From: Chlamydiota bacterium
GTDB taxonomy: Bacteria > Chlamydiota > Chlamydiia > Chlamydiales > SM23-39
Direction: 5' to 3'
NCBI GenBank assembly: GCA_038534095.1
Contig: JBCAXK010000024.1
Span: 1-22,976, forward strand
DNA: 22,976 nucleotides
In this document: positions 9,201 through 16,053 of the stretch, piece after piece
Numbering within the stretch: the stretch's first letter is position 1
Layout: each line of letters opens with the position of its first letter
Made by a program: the position numbers and the translations under genes
The notes under the pieces: model-generated
Told to the model about the DNA's origin: nothing
Database searches by the model: none
Seen by the model: only the letters and a program-made list of their open reading frames with translations

Positions 9201-12015
9201 AGTCACGGTTGCAGGCCAAATTAGTGGTAGTGGAGATCTGGTTTTATCTGGTGATGGGATTGCTAGATTGACCAACACGGGCAATAACTACAGCGGAAAT
9301 ACCGTCGTTCAAGGGGGCACGAATCTCACTTTGTCCGATATTTCTGTAATTAACGGATCATTAGAACTCGGAGATGGGATTTTAGTTGCTGAGACGAATG
9401 ATATTACCTTACCTGTCAATCAAGTGGTGACTTTCAATGGCGCTTTTGGAGGTCTATCGGTGCCAAGTGGGAGAGCTCTAACGATTGAGGGGGATATATC
9501 GGGGACAGGCACCTTAAGAACGCTCGATGAAGGGACTGTTACGTTAACGGGGAACAATACGTTCATCGGGGTTGAGCATGGAGCCGGGACTTTGTCGGTA
9601 CCTGGCGCTAGCAACCTTGGAACAGGGACGATCACTTTTGTGAGTACGGCGCAAATTCCGAGCGCAACGAGAACCATTGAGGTGACTCAGCCAGGAACAA
9701 TTCCCAATACTATTGTGCTGAATGATTCGGGCATCTTTTCAAGCGATGAGGATGTAACTTTGAGCGGATCTATATTTAGTGGGGGAGCGCAATCTCTCAC
9801 TTTTTCTGGTGTCGGTAATTACCTCATTAGTGGTAATAATACGCACGCAGGGATGACAACAACGCAGCAAGCTACCTTGATTGCAGGTTCGGATACTGCT
9901 TTTGGCTCCACAACATTGGTGTTAGATGGGGGTAACTTAGCTACTAGTGGCAACCGCTCTTTAAGTAACCCCATTATGCTCAATGCTACTGGAGGAAATA
10001 TTCAGGTAGGTAATGGAAGTACGCTCAATTTATCAGGAGCTATTAGCGGCGCAAATAGGTTGGAGTTAATTGGCGATGGTACAAATAGTGTGGTTCTTGC
10101 AGGAGTCAACAGCTATTTAGGGGGGACGCTCATCGATCAAATCACCTGTCAGATAAGTTCGAATGATAACTTAGGTTCCGGAGATGTATCGATTGCATCG
10201 GGGACTCTACGTATCGCAAATACGCTTAGTGCGCCGCGCAATTTTACTTTTAGCTCTACAGCAAGCGCTCCCAGTATTGAAGTAGATCAGGGTCAAACTC
10301 TAACGATCGAAGGGGATATTTTAGGGAGCAGGTTCATCAAAGAGGGCCCTGGGCAAATCCTTTTTTCTTCTCCGGTCAATTCTGCGTTTACTGAAACGGT
10401 TGCAGTCCAGTCGGGCACCTTCACCGTTGGAGAAGTGGGCTCTATTGCAAACGCTACGATTGAGGTGTTTTCTGGAGGGGTAGTGAATGGAGCTGGCGGT
10501 TACGGTGATACCATTGTGAGTGGGGGAAAGGTTTCAGGAAATGGTTTCTATAAAAGCGTATCGCTCCAATCGGGATTGATCGCTCCAGGAGATTCGATTG
10601 GAATCATCAATATTACCGGGAACTATGTACAAATGGCCGGTGCGATTTATGAAGTGGAAATCGATAGAACGCTGAGTGATCAAATTCTTGTTGGAGGTAC
10701 AGCGACCATCGAAAATGGGGCGATTCTGAATATTTTACCCCCAATCGGTACGATTGTCGAAGGCACCTTTTACGATATTCTCATTGCTAATGGGGGGATC
10801 GACCTCCTTTGGAGCGAAGTCAACTCTCTTGGAAATGTTCCCTTTTCTGTAAGCTTAGTTGATGGGGGAACAACCGCTAGATTGACCATTTTAAGTACCT
10901 GTATTTTAGATCAAAGGAATATTGATCCAGGAAATCCACTTCGCGTAGATGAGTATTTCAATCAATTGAAGATCCCAGTTGGCTCGGATTTATTATTTGT
11001 CGCTTTAGAATTAGATACTTTGGATGATCAGGCACTGAACGCCGCTTTAGATACGCTCCATCCTGGATTATTTGGCGCTTTTCCCTTTGTCAATCTTGAT
11101 GTGAATGGGATGACTAGTTACCTCCTTGGAGAAAGATTGCGATCTTGTGCGGAAGGGGACACGTTTTCTGATTGCTCGGAAGAACAGACAAGAAGCATCT
11201 GGGTTTCCCCCTACGGTCTTTTCTCAAATGTAAAAAAGATTGAGGAGCTTCGGGGATTTGAGACAACAACAGGTGGATTTTTGTTGGGGTATGATACATG
11301 CAGTTCGCATCAAGACAAAGTAGGCGCGTTTACTGGGTATCAGTATACCGATCTCGATTGGGATCAAAATGCTGGGAAAGCTTCTATGCAAAAATTTTGC
11401 GGCGGCGTCTATGGTGGCTTTGGCAAACCTGCGATTTTTCTCGATTTAGAGGCTTTTGGTGGGGCAGACTTTTACAGTACAAAAAGGCGTATCGACTTTG
11501 CTTCGATCGATAGAACAGCTACAGCTAAGTATACGGGAGGGTTTTTTACAGGAAGTTTGGGGTTAAATACCCAAATAGATTCTATCGCTTTTGAGGGATT
11601 TGCAAACAGCAATTACAATTACTTGTATGCTCCCTCGTTTCAAGAGGAGGGAGCCTCTTCTTTAAATTTAGCCGTTATGCAAGAAGAGACCCACTTTTTG
11701 CGTACAGAAATTGGAGGGCGTTTTGTTCCGAAAATAACGTTTGAAAGCGGATGTATGGAATGTTTTCTAGGATCAAGCTGGGTCTATAAAACCAATCTAG
11801 AAAAGGGGAGAAAATCGTCCAAATATGCCGAGTTTGCTGATCAAGCTGCCATGCTGACTATTACAACCTTTGATCGCAGTTTGGGATTTGTTACTGGCTC
11901 AGTAGGGGTGCGAGGAAAGGTTGGTCCTTTTGCGTTCGAAACAGCTTACAAAGGAGAATTCCGATCCGATTACCTATTGAATACGTTCAACATAAGTTTC
12001 GGAGGGCGTTTTTAA
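3235..12015 (+). CDS. Giant type Va autotransporter (~2,926 aa): signal peptide, PATR-rich beta-helical passenger, C-terminal beta-barrel
   Basis: ATG 3235 follows GAGGA. Signal-like MRIHWFF...SCVAGLSA|ENW. Many passenger-associated transport repeats (LxKxGxGxLxLxGxNTYxGxTxI). IAPGDSIG motif near 10580, a helical linker (LDTLHPGLF), and a barrel from ~11191 (SIWVSPYG, GFLLGYD, LRTEIGGRF) ending in terminal Phe. Confidence 0.95.
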   Translation: MRIHWFFRSPSPIFITIFSCVAGLSAENWSGSVDNNWEVNGNWIPATFPNSPTANANFGNVILAPTTVSVGIPITVDTISFDGAVPYTIAVQSGSGGSLLVNSSITYLDANGAANHIITGALTTNSTLNLVQNTTSTPIISANIGGTGSLNKTGSGNLSLTGTLAHTGTTTIDMGRLEIGDPQLISTSGDIIWNGGSLLIGANGTLSNNLVTNITGTGDPVIEVGSGIQAAVSGQISGAGDLVVSGPGEVTLTNNANNYAGNTIIKNGATLSAPLASMISNSGSIEIEDGILVHNNSQDFVLQADRPVILSGGFGAISASGTGTTTILSDISGTGTLRKLGGGRLVLNGNNTFPALEIEGGNVTVESPSNLGSGIITVIGNATAVISVSQPITIPNDIALNDGQVFISPTAPITLSGTISGNGNADLNLLGNVTLEGNNNTYLGTTSIGLGSGGGTLILTGNNNLGTGLLLNNNSTVQFADTVSIPNDVQSGSTGIFSVPSGSATIQGTITGGGIFLEKEGAGTLSFTGDYQSTANMNINQGTLRLAVASALPSGGDIRLGAATLNTGSTSTHTGAFELVTGTGTVDVDPSTTFSLTQGTSGSQNLVKTGAGSFNPGTLAHTGTTTIDMGRIEIGDPQVVSTSGDIIWNGGSLLIGTGGILSNNLVTNITGTGDPVIEVGSGVEIAVPGQISGPGDLVVSGSGEVELTNNANNYAGNTIIKNGGVIAAPSALMISNSGSIEIEDGILSHNNATDDFVIQADRPVIVSGAFGAISVVIRGSTRVLSDISGTATFKKLGPGTLFLNGNNTFPALDIDGGNVTVESPSNLGSGTITMIENPPLPNASVALSVSQPMTIPNDIVLNEGTPIIFPMAPLTLSGTISSNGNPVLFLISNPPNTPVTFEGNNTYAGRTSIDLDFLLILTGNNNLGTSQLSNSKSTVQFADGVSIPNDVVVRETGRFSVPSGSATIQGTITGGTLAVFVKEGAGTLFLTGDYQADRNVEISEGTLDILAPDALPNVQNIVFNGGSLSTGSTGTLANEITLNVAGTGDPVLELANGAEATITGQIGGSGDLVLSGDGTFKLTNTGNNYGGNTIVQDGANLTLSDLAVMNGSLELADGILGIETNDITLDSNQSVTLNGAFGRFSVPAGRTLTIEGDVSGTGALTTLDEGTLVLTGNNTFTGIEHGAGVLSVAGASNLGPGTITFSDVAQMPSATRTIEVTQPGAIPNNIALNESGTFSSNQAVTLSGSISSNGDQELILSTTGGGEFTLDGNNTYSGTTRLEGGGSLILTGNNDLGTSSLANNGSTVQLADTLSIPNDIVIEGSTQFSVPSGSATLEGTITGNTLPSSFLKAGPGVLSITGDNQSSADMNIIDGTLRLASANALPNGGGITFNGSATLNTGATFTHTGAFQLFAGPDIFSPGPATVEVDTNTTFSLTQGVVGNQDLIKAGDGTFNAGSLAHNGTTRIDAGRIEIGDPQLTSSSLDITCNGGSLSIGSTGTLSNNLILNIAGTGNPVVEVANSAQVTVAGQVSGSGDLVLSGNGLVRLTNTGNNYSGNTLVQGGVNLTLSDISVINGSLELDEGILATETNDITLASNQVVTLSGAFGGLSVPSGRALTIEGNISGTGALRTLDEGTVTLTGNNTFTGVEHGAGTLSVPGASNLGTGTITFVSTAQMPSATRTIEVTQPGTIPNTIVLSDSGIFSSDQAVTLSGVMSSSGDQVLVFSTVGGGAFTLQGNNTYSGTTRLEGGGSLILTGNSNVGTSVLSNNGSTVQLANTLAIANDIVIAGSTQFSVPSGLATLQGTITGNTLAPVFLKNGAGTLSIAGDYQSIADMNINDGTLRLSSANALPNGGGIAFNGSATLNTGATFTHTGAFQLFTGPVSPGPATVEVDTNTTFSLTQGVVGNQDLIKTGDGTFNAGSLAHTGTTRIDAGHIEIGDPQLSSSSGDITANGGFLLVGSTGTLSNNLILNIAGTGNPVVEVANSAQVTVAGQISGSGDLVLSGDGIARLTNTGNNYSGNTVVQGGTNLTLSDISVINGSLELGDGILVAETNDITLPVNQVVTFNGAFGGLSVPSGRALTIEGDISGTGTLRTLDEGTVTLTGNNTFIGVEHGAGTLSVPGASNLGTGTITFVSTAQIPSATRTIEVTQPGTIPNTIVLNDSGIFSSDEDVTLSGSIFSGGAQSLTFSGVGNYLISGNNTHAGMTTTQQATLIAGSDTAFGSTTLVLDGGNLATSGNRSLSNPIMLNATGGNIQVGNGSTLNLSGAISGANRLELIGDGTNSVVLAGVNSYLGGTLIDQITCQISSNDNLGSGDVSIASGTLRIANTLSAPRNFTFSSTASAPSIEVDQGQTLTIEGDILGSRFIKEGPGQILFSSPVNSAFTETVAVQSGTFTVGEVGSIANATIEVFSGGVVNGAGGYGDTIVSGGKVSGNGFYKSVSLQSGLIAPGDSIGIINITGNYVQMAGAIYEVEIDRTLSDQILVGGTATIENGAILNILPPIGTIVEGTFYDILIANGGIDLLWSEVNSLGNVPFSVSLVDGGTTARLTILSTCILDQRNIDPGNPLRVDEYFNQLKIPVGSDLLFVALELDTLDDQALNAALDTLHPGLFGAFPFVNLDVNGMTSYLLGERLRSCAEGDTFSDCSEEQTRSIWVSPYGLFSNVKKIEELRGFETTTGGFLLGYDTCSSHQDKVGAFTGYQYTDLDWDQNAGKASMQKFCGGVYGGFGKPAIFLDLEAFGGADFYSTKRRIDFASIDRTATAKYTGGFFTGSLGLNTQIDSIAFEGFANSNYNYLYAPSFQEEGASSLNLAVMQEETHFLRTEIGGRFVPKITFESGCMECFLGSSWVYKTNLEKGRKSSKYAEFADQAAMLTITTFDRSLGFVTGSVGVRGKVGPFAFETAYKGEFRSDYLLNTFNISFGGRF
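3718..6220 (+). repeat. Autotransporter modules A1 (~3718-5082) and A2 (~5083-6220): direct repeats with a 1,365-nt offset at their starts
   Basis: ACTCTCGCCCATACGGGTACGACTACGATCGATATGGGGCG occurs at 3721 and 5086. Long identical DNA stretches continue to GGGGACTATCAA (~4819 and ~6208). Confidence 0.93.
6300..9770 (+). repeat. Autotransporter modules B1, B2 (7609-9000) and truncated B3 (9001-~9770): direct repeats with ~1,392-1,398-nt period
   Basis: AACGGCGGC anchors at 6304, 7702 and 9094; AGTCTTGCGCAT at 7609 and 9001. Repeated peptides include AQMPSATRTIEVTQPG, GNNTFTGVEHGAG and SANALPNGGGI. Confidence 0.93.
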
Positions 12016-12044
12016 GAAACTCCTATAAGAAAGCGCCTTGGTGC

Positions 12045-12719
12045 TCAGCTATTGAGCACCGTCTTGATATGCTCGCAATTTTTTTGCCCGCAGGTGCAGC
12101 CAATAGGATTTCCCAAAAACACGTTGTATTTTTCCATCTTATCCAAGGGATTTGTTACAACGTAGAGCTGATCTGAGGTTTGCTCCACATCCCAAACACG
12201 GAAGCGAAGCTCTTCGTCTGATACGAGTTCTTCCTCCTCAAAAGCGCCTGGTTTTTGCAAAGCATTAGCCACTTGGCAATAAGGGCAATTGCAGTGGGGC
12301 TCTGGTTTAGGTAGCTGGTCTGGTTTTTCCATACCGAGGGCTTTAGCAATGTCTCCCACCTTTTTTAGAAATTCTTGGGGCAGGTCGGGGGCGTGCATTT
12401 GCTCTGGGTTGTGCTGCATTGCTGAGCCTAATTGATCCAAGGATCCTAGGCCAATGCTACCGAGCTTGAACAAAGGTCCTTGACTACTTGTTAAGATGGG
12501 AGATTCTTCTTGTTCTAAAAATTTGGTATGATAATGAAAAGCTTGATCAATCGTTGCTTGGGATAAATCGGGAATTCGAATGGCTGTTGTTCCATTTTTT
12601 AATTCAATCACCAAAAAAGAGGTGGTGTCTTGCTCTTTTTGCACATAAAGCGATTGAACATTTGTCCAGGCGGTTGTGATGTAAGGAGGTATACTGAGAA
12701 ACTTTTCATTCATCTTCAT
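12045..12719 (-). CDS. Conserved chlamydial hypothetical protein (CT016-like) with two Cys/His metal-binding motifs
   Basis: SIPPYITTAW, QHNPEQ, PKPEPHCNCPYCQ, VSDEELRFRVWD and FLGNPIGCTCGQKNCEHIKTVL match my recollection of C. trachomatis CT016, which also lies next to a PhoH-like gene. RBS GAGGA upstream. Confidence 0.85.
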   Translation of the reverse strand: MKMNEKFLSIPPYITTAWTNVQSLYVQKEQDTTSFLVIELKNGTTAIRIPDLSQATIDQAFHYHTKFLEQEESPILTSSQGPLFKLGSIGLGSLDQLGSAMQHNPEQMHAPDLPQEFLKKVGDIAKALGMEKPDQLPKPEPHCNCPYCQVANALQKPGAFEEEELVSDEELRFRVWDVEQTSDQLYVVTNPLDKMEKYNVFLGNPIGCTCGQKNCEHIKTVLNS

Positions 12720-12747
12720 AATATTTCCTCAAATTTTTTCACCCCTC

Positions 12748-12777
12748 ATTATAACAAGATTTTAGGCTGTTTGTCAA
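12748..12777 (-). promoter_or_regulatory. Consensus sigma66/sigma70 promoter for the CT016-like gene
   Basis: Minus strand TTGACA (12777-12772), 18-nt spacer, TATAAT (12753-12748), with TGn directly before the -10 (extended -10), about 28 nt upstream of the ATG. Confidence 0.82.
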
Positions 12778-12989
12778 TATTTTTTAGCAGTTGCGGTTTT
12801 TGTTTGCTGAATAATATTCTAAACTCTTGTAGTTTAATGACCTTTTGCATCACCTAAAAGAAGCGGATTTATAAAAAAACGGTGAAGAGTGATTTTCACT
12901 TTTAAATATAAAAAAAGTTAGAGTATGTAGATTTTTAGAACCAGTCAAAAATACAAACGCCATTTGAACCAGAAACGGTAGGAAATTTC

Positions 12990-14300
12990 ATGAAAAAAAC
13001 CTTCATTTTAGATACCAATGTGTTTCTTCACGATCCCCATGCCATCAAAAATTTTGCCTCTCATAATGTTATTATCCCCTTACTTGTTTTAGAAGAGCTC
13101 GATAGCATGAAAAAGCAATCTACAGAGCTAGGAAATAATGCAAGATCGATTCTTCGTTACATTGACGGGTTAAAAACGGCGAACCGGGGAGATTTTGCGA
13201 AGGGTGTCACGCTGCCAGAAGGACCTACCGTCCGGATCCATTTTGAAAATACGCGAGAAAGGCTCAAAGATTTTCCCTTGTCGCTTGATAGAAACAGCAA
13301 TCGTATCTTGCTCATGGCGCAGCTTTTGCAAGCAAGAGGAGAAAAGGTTGTCTTTGTATCCAAAGACTTTGTCTCAAGAGTCAAAGCAGAAGCGATGAAT
13401 ATTGAAGCAGAAGATTACGAAAATCTCAAGGTCTCCTACGCAAAAATGGCGCAAGGCATCCACAAATTTGAAGTGACCAAAAGGGAAATCGATCAATTTT
13501 TTAAGGATGGTACTGCTCCATCGATCATTGAAGATTTTCAGAAAAACGATTATTGCGTACTCACTTCGAAAGAGCGTTCATCGGCTGTTTGTAAATACAA
13601 CTTAAAAACAAAAAAATTGGAATCTTTGGTCGAAGTGCACAAAGATGTACTGGGAATCCGTCCGCTCAATGTCGAACAAAAATGCGCTATGGACCTTCTA
13701 CTTCGGGATGACATCCATCTTGTCTCCTTGATTGGTCAAGCAGGAACAGGAAAAACATTATTAGCCCTTGCTTGTGGGATGCACAAGGTGTTTCATCAAG
13801 GAGTCTATAATCGGATTTTGATTTCGAGGCCCATTGTCCCTCTAGGAAAAGACATTGGATACTTGCCAGGGACAAAAGAAGAGAAACTCTACCATTGGAT
13901 GCAGCCCATTTACGATAATCTTGAATACTTAACAGAGCTGACCTCGGGTCTTGGGAACGCAGAGGCTTCTATGGATTTTATTTTGGAAAGCAAAAAAATA
14001 GAAATGGAAGCGGTTACCTACATCCGCGGAAGAACGTTGCCGAAAATCTACATGATCATTGATGAAGCGCAAAATCTGACGCCCCATGAGGTAAAAACGG
14101 TGATTTCGAGAGCAGGGCATGGAACAAAAGTGATCTTAACAGGGGATCCTTCACAGATCGATAATCCCTATCTCGATAAAGACTCGAACGGACTGACCTA
14201 TGCGATCTCGAAATTTTCTAAGCAAGAGATCGCAGGTCACGTAGTCTTGGAGCAAACAGAGCGATCTGAGCTAGCAAAAATTGCAGCCGAACTGTTGTAA
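12990..14300 (+). CDS. phoH: PhoH-family ATPase with N-terminal PIN domain (PhoH2/YlaK type)
   Basis: PIN motif FILDTNVFLHDP...VLEELD; Walker A GQAGTGKT; IGYLPGTKEEK, YIRGRT, IIDEAQNLT, GDPSQID, ERSELA. Confidence 0.95.
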   Translation: MKKTFILDTNVFLHDPHAIKNFASHNVIIPLLVLEELDSMKKQSTELGNNARSILRYIDGLKTANRGDFAKGVTLPEGPTVRIHFENTRERLKDFPLSLDRNSNRILLMAQLLQARGEKVVFVSKDFVSRVKAEAMNIEAEDYENLKVSYAKMAQGIHKFEVTKREIDQFFKDGTAPSIIEDFQKNDYCVLTSKERSSAVCKYNLKTKKLESLVEVHKDVLGIRPLNVEQKCAMDLLLRDDIHLVSLIGQAGTGKTLLALACGMHKVFHQGVYNRILISRPIVPLGKDIGYLPGTKEEKLYHWMQPIYDNLEYLTELTSGLGNAEASMDFILESKKIEMEAVTYIRGRTLPKIYMIIDEAQNLTPHEVKTVISRAGHGTKVILTGDPSQIDNPYLDKDSNGLTYAISKFSKQEIAGHVVLEQTERSELAKIAAELL

Positions 14301-14326
14301 GAATGGATTTTTAGCAGGCTAGGAGG

Positions 14327-15109
14327 TTATGTTTCAAGAGATTGGATGAGGGAACGCATCATTCTAGGCCAATCGGTGATAATGGCATTGACGCCCATAT
14401 TGAGGCACTCTTTAATCCGGTTTTTTCTGTTAACCGTCCAGGCCCACACTTTGATCCCTCTCTCATGCGCATTGTCCACAAAGCTTTTTGTGACAAGATC
14501 GATATGTATGGATAGGAATTCTGGTTTTAACGCATCTGCGTAACGCAAAAAAACCTCATCCTCGATAATCAAACAGATTTTTTTGTTGGGCGCTTGTAGG
14601 CGGATCTCTTCTAAAATAGCAGGTTCAAAACTGCTCAAAATGCACAGGTCTTGTAGGCTCTCTTCATATTGAGACAAAACGCTCAAAATTTCTTTCACAA
14701 ACAGTTTGTAATTGGAGGTGCTATCTCCCTTGATGTCGAGAACAATGCCAATTTTCCCCGCCGTTAACGCTAGAGCTTCGTCCAGGGAGGGAATCGTCAG
14801 GGCTAAATGTTCTTTTGTGATGAGTTTTTTGATTTGATTAAAATTTAGATCGGAAAAATTTCGAGAGCAACCTTTCCAAAAACGGTCTGTTTTCGCGTCG
14901 TGTACGACAATAGGCACGCAGTCTTTAGAAAGCTGCACATCAAACTCAATCCAGTCTGCTCCCACAGCAATCGCGTGGGAAAAGGCTTCTAAGCTGTTTT
15001 CTACAGCTTCTGCGGCGCCGCCTCGATGGGCGATCACAGAGCTTGCGTTCGTCATGGGCATATATCCTAGAAAAAAAAAGAACAAATAGTACTTCAGCGA
15101 GTATTTCAC
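14327..15109 (-). CDS. Glycerophosphodiester phosphodiesterase (GDPD, GlpQ/UgpQ family), probably exported
   Basis: IAHRGG, ENSLEAF, IEFDVQLSKD, VVHD, WAWTVN, GVNAIITDWP. The GTG start at 15109 follows GGAGG by 6 nt, and the N-terminus is hydrophobic and signal-like. Confidence 0.93.
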   Translation of the reverse strand: MKYSLKYYLFFFFLGYMPMTNASSVIAHRGGAAEAVENSLEAFSHAIAVGADWIEFDVQLSKDCVPIVVHDAKTDRFWKGCSRNFSDLNFNQIKKLITKEHLALTIPSLDEALALTAGKIGIVLDIKGDSTSNYKLFVKEILSVLSQYEESLQDLCILSSFEPAILEEIRLQAPNKKICLIIEDEVFLRYADALKPEFLSIHIDLVTKSFVDNAHERGIKVWAWTVNRKNRIKECLNMGVNAIITDWPRMMRSLIQSLET

Positions 15110-15186
15110 AATACGCCTCCAAAAATATTAGAAAAAAGAAAATTTTTTCTAGACAAAGTAGAAATTTTTCTTGTAGAAAGAACTTA

Positions 15187-16050
15187 ATGAAACGTTCTTT
15201 TAAAATCACGATTATTTTTCTTGTGCTGATTGCGCTGATTGCAGTTTCTGCTCTCCTTGTGATGACCAGTGACGTCCCTGTACTCGATCCGAAAGGCATC
15301 ATTGCGCAGCAAGAAAAGGATCTTTTGATCACGACCTTTCTTTTGATGGTGATCGTAATGATCCCTGTTTTTGTGTTTACGCTTATGTTTGCTTACCATT
15401 ACCGAGAAAAGAATCTTGCGGCGCGCTATGAGCCCACTTGGGAACATAACAATCTTGCAGAGTACTTTTGGTGGGGCGTTCCTATCTGCATTATTTTTGT
15501 ACTATCGATCATTACGTGGAAAACAACGCATGATCTCGATCCATTTAAGCCGCTTGATGATGGTAAACCTCCGGTGGCTATTCAGGTTGTAGCTCTCCAA
15601 TGGAAATGGCTATTTATCTACCCAGAAGAGGGGATCGCTACTGTCAACTATATCCAGTTTCCAGAAAAGAGACCGATCAATTTCACCTTAACAGGGGACG
15701 CTCCTATGAACTCGTTTTGGATCCCTAGGTTAGGTGGACAGATTTATGCGATGCCGGGGATGCAATCTAAGCTGTATTTGATGGCCAAACAGCCTGGCGA
15801 GTTTCGGGGATCTTCCGCTCATATTAGCGGAGAAGGATTTGCTGGGATGGTGTTTACAGCAAAAGCTAGCTCAGAGGAAGATTACCTCTCTTGGATCGAA
15901 ACAACGAGGAGTGAAGGATCCCTTCTCACTTTTTCTGAGTATTTAGAGTTAGCTAAGCCGAGTGAAAATGTTCCCGCGCAGTATTATACAGTCGAAAGTG
16001 ACCTATTTGCGCAGATCCTAGAACAGTACCAAAGACCTGAGGTGGAGTAA
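15187..16050 (+). CDS. cyoA: Cytochrome bo3-type quinol oxidase subunit II
   Basis: VLDPKG, two TM helices, WKTTHDLDP, QWKWLFIYP, MNSFWIPRLGGQIYAMPGM, SAHISGEGFAGM; no CuA ligands. The start is placed at ATG 15187 because the longer ORF overlaps the divergent GDPD gene. Confidence 0.95.
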   Translation: MKRSFKITIIFLVLIALIAVSALLVMTSDVPVLDPKGIIAQQEKDLLITTFLLMVIVMIPVFVFTLMFAYHYREKNLAARYEPTWEHNNLAEYFWWGVPICIIFVLSIITWKTTHDLDPFKPLDDGKPPVAIQVVALQWKWLFIYPEEGIATVNYIQFPEKRPINFTLTGDAPMNSFWIPRLGGQIYAMPGMQSKLYLMAKQPGEFRGSSAHISGEGFAGMVFTAKASSEEDYLSWIETTRSEGSLLTFSEYLELAKPSENVPAQYYTVESDLFAQILEQYQRPEVE

Positions 16051-16053
16051 AGC

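Noticed and set aside
3243..9677. Numerous antisense ORFs inside the autotransporter
   Set aside because: They are stop-poor shadows of the Gly/Thr/Asn-rich sense frame and recur with the modules; there is no independent coding signal.
3718..9770. Diversity-generating retroelement TR/VR pair within the autotransporter repeats
   Set aside because: Differences between copies are not adenine-specific, include indels, and no reverse transcriptase is in the window.
12003..12039. Bidirectional terminator between the autotransporter and the CT016-like gene
   Set aside because: AGGGCGTTTT...AAAGCGCCTT pairs only with G-U pairs and a long loop, and lacks a clear T tract; too weak to call.
15071..15079. 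A9 tract (T9 on the coding strand) in the GDPD signal sequence as a phase-variation site
   Set aside because: A/T runs of 7-9 are common throughout this AT-rich window and this one simply encodes a Phe run.
15043..15186. Longer N-terminus of CyoA given in the ORF track
   Set aside because: It overlaps the divergent GDPD start and its RBS and is low-complexity Lys/Arg-rich; ATG 15187 gives a normal subunit II.
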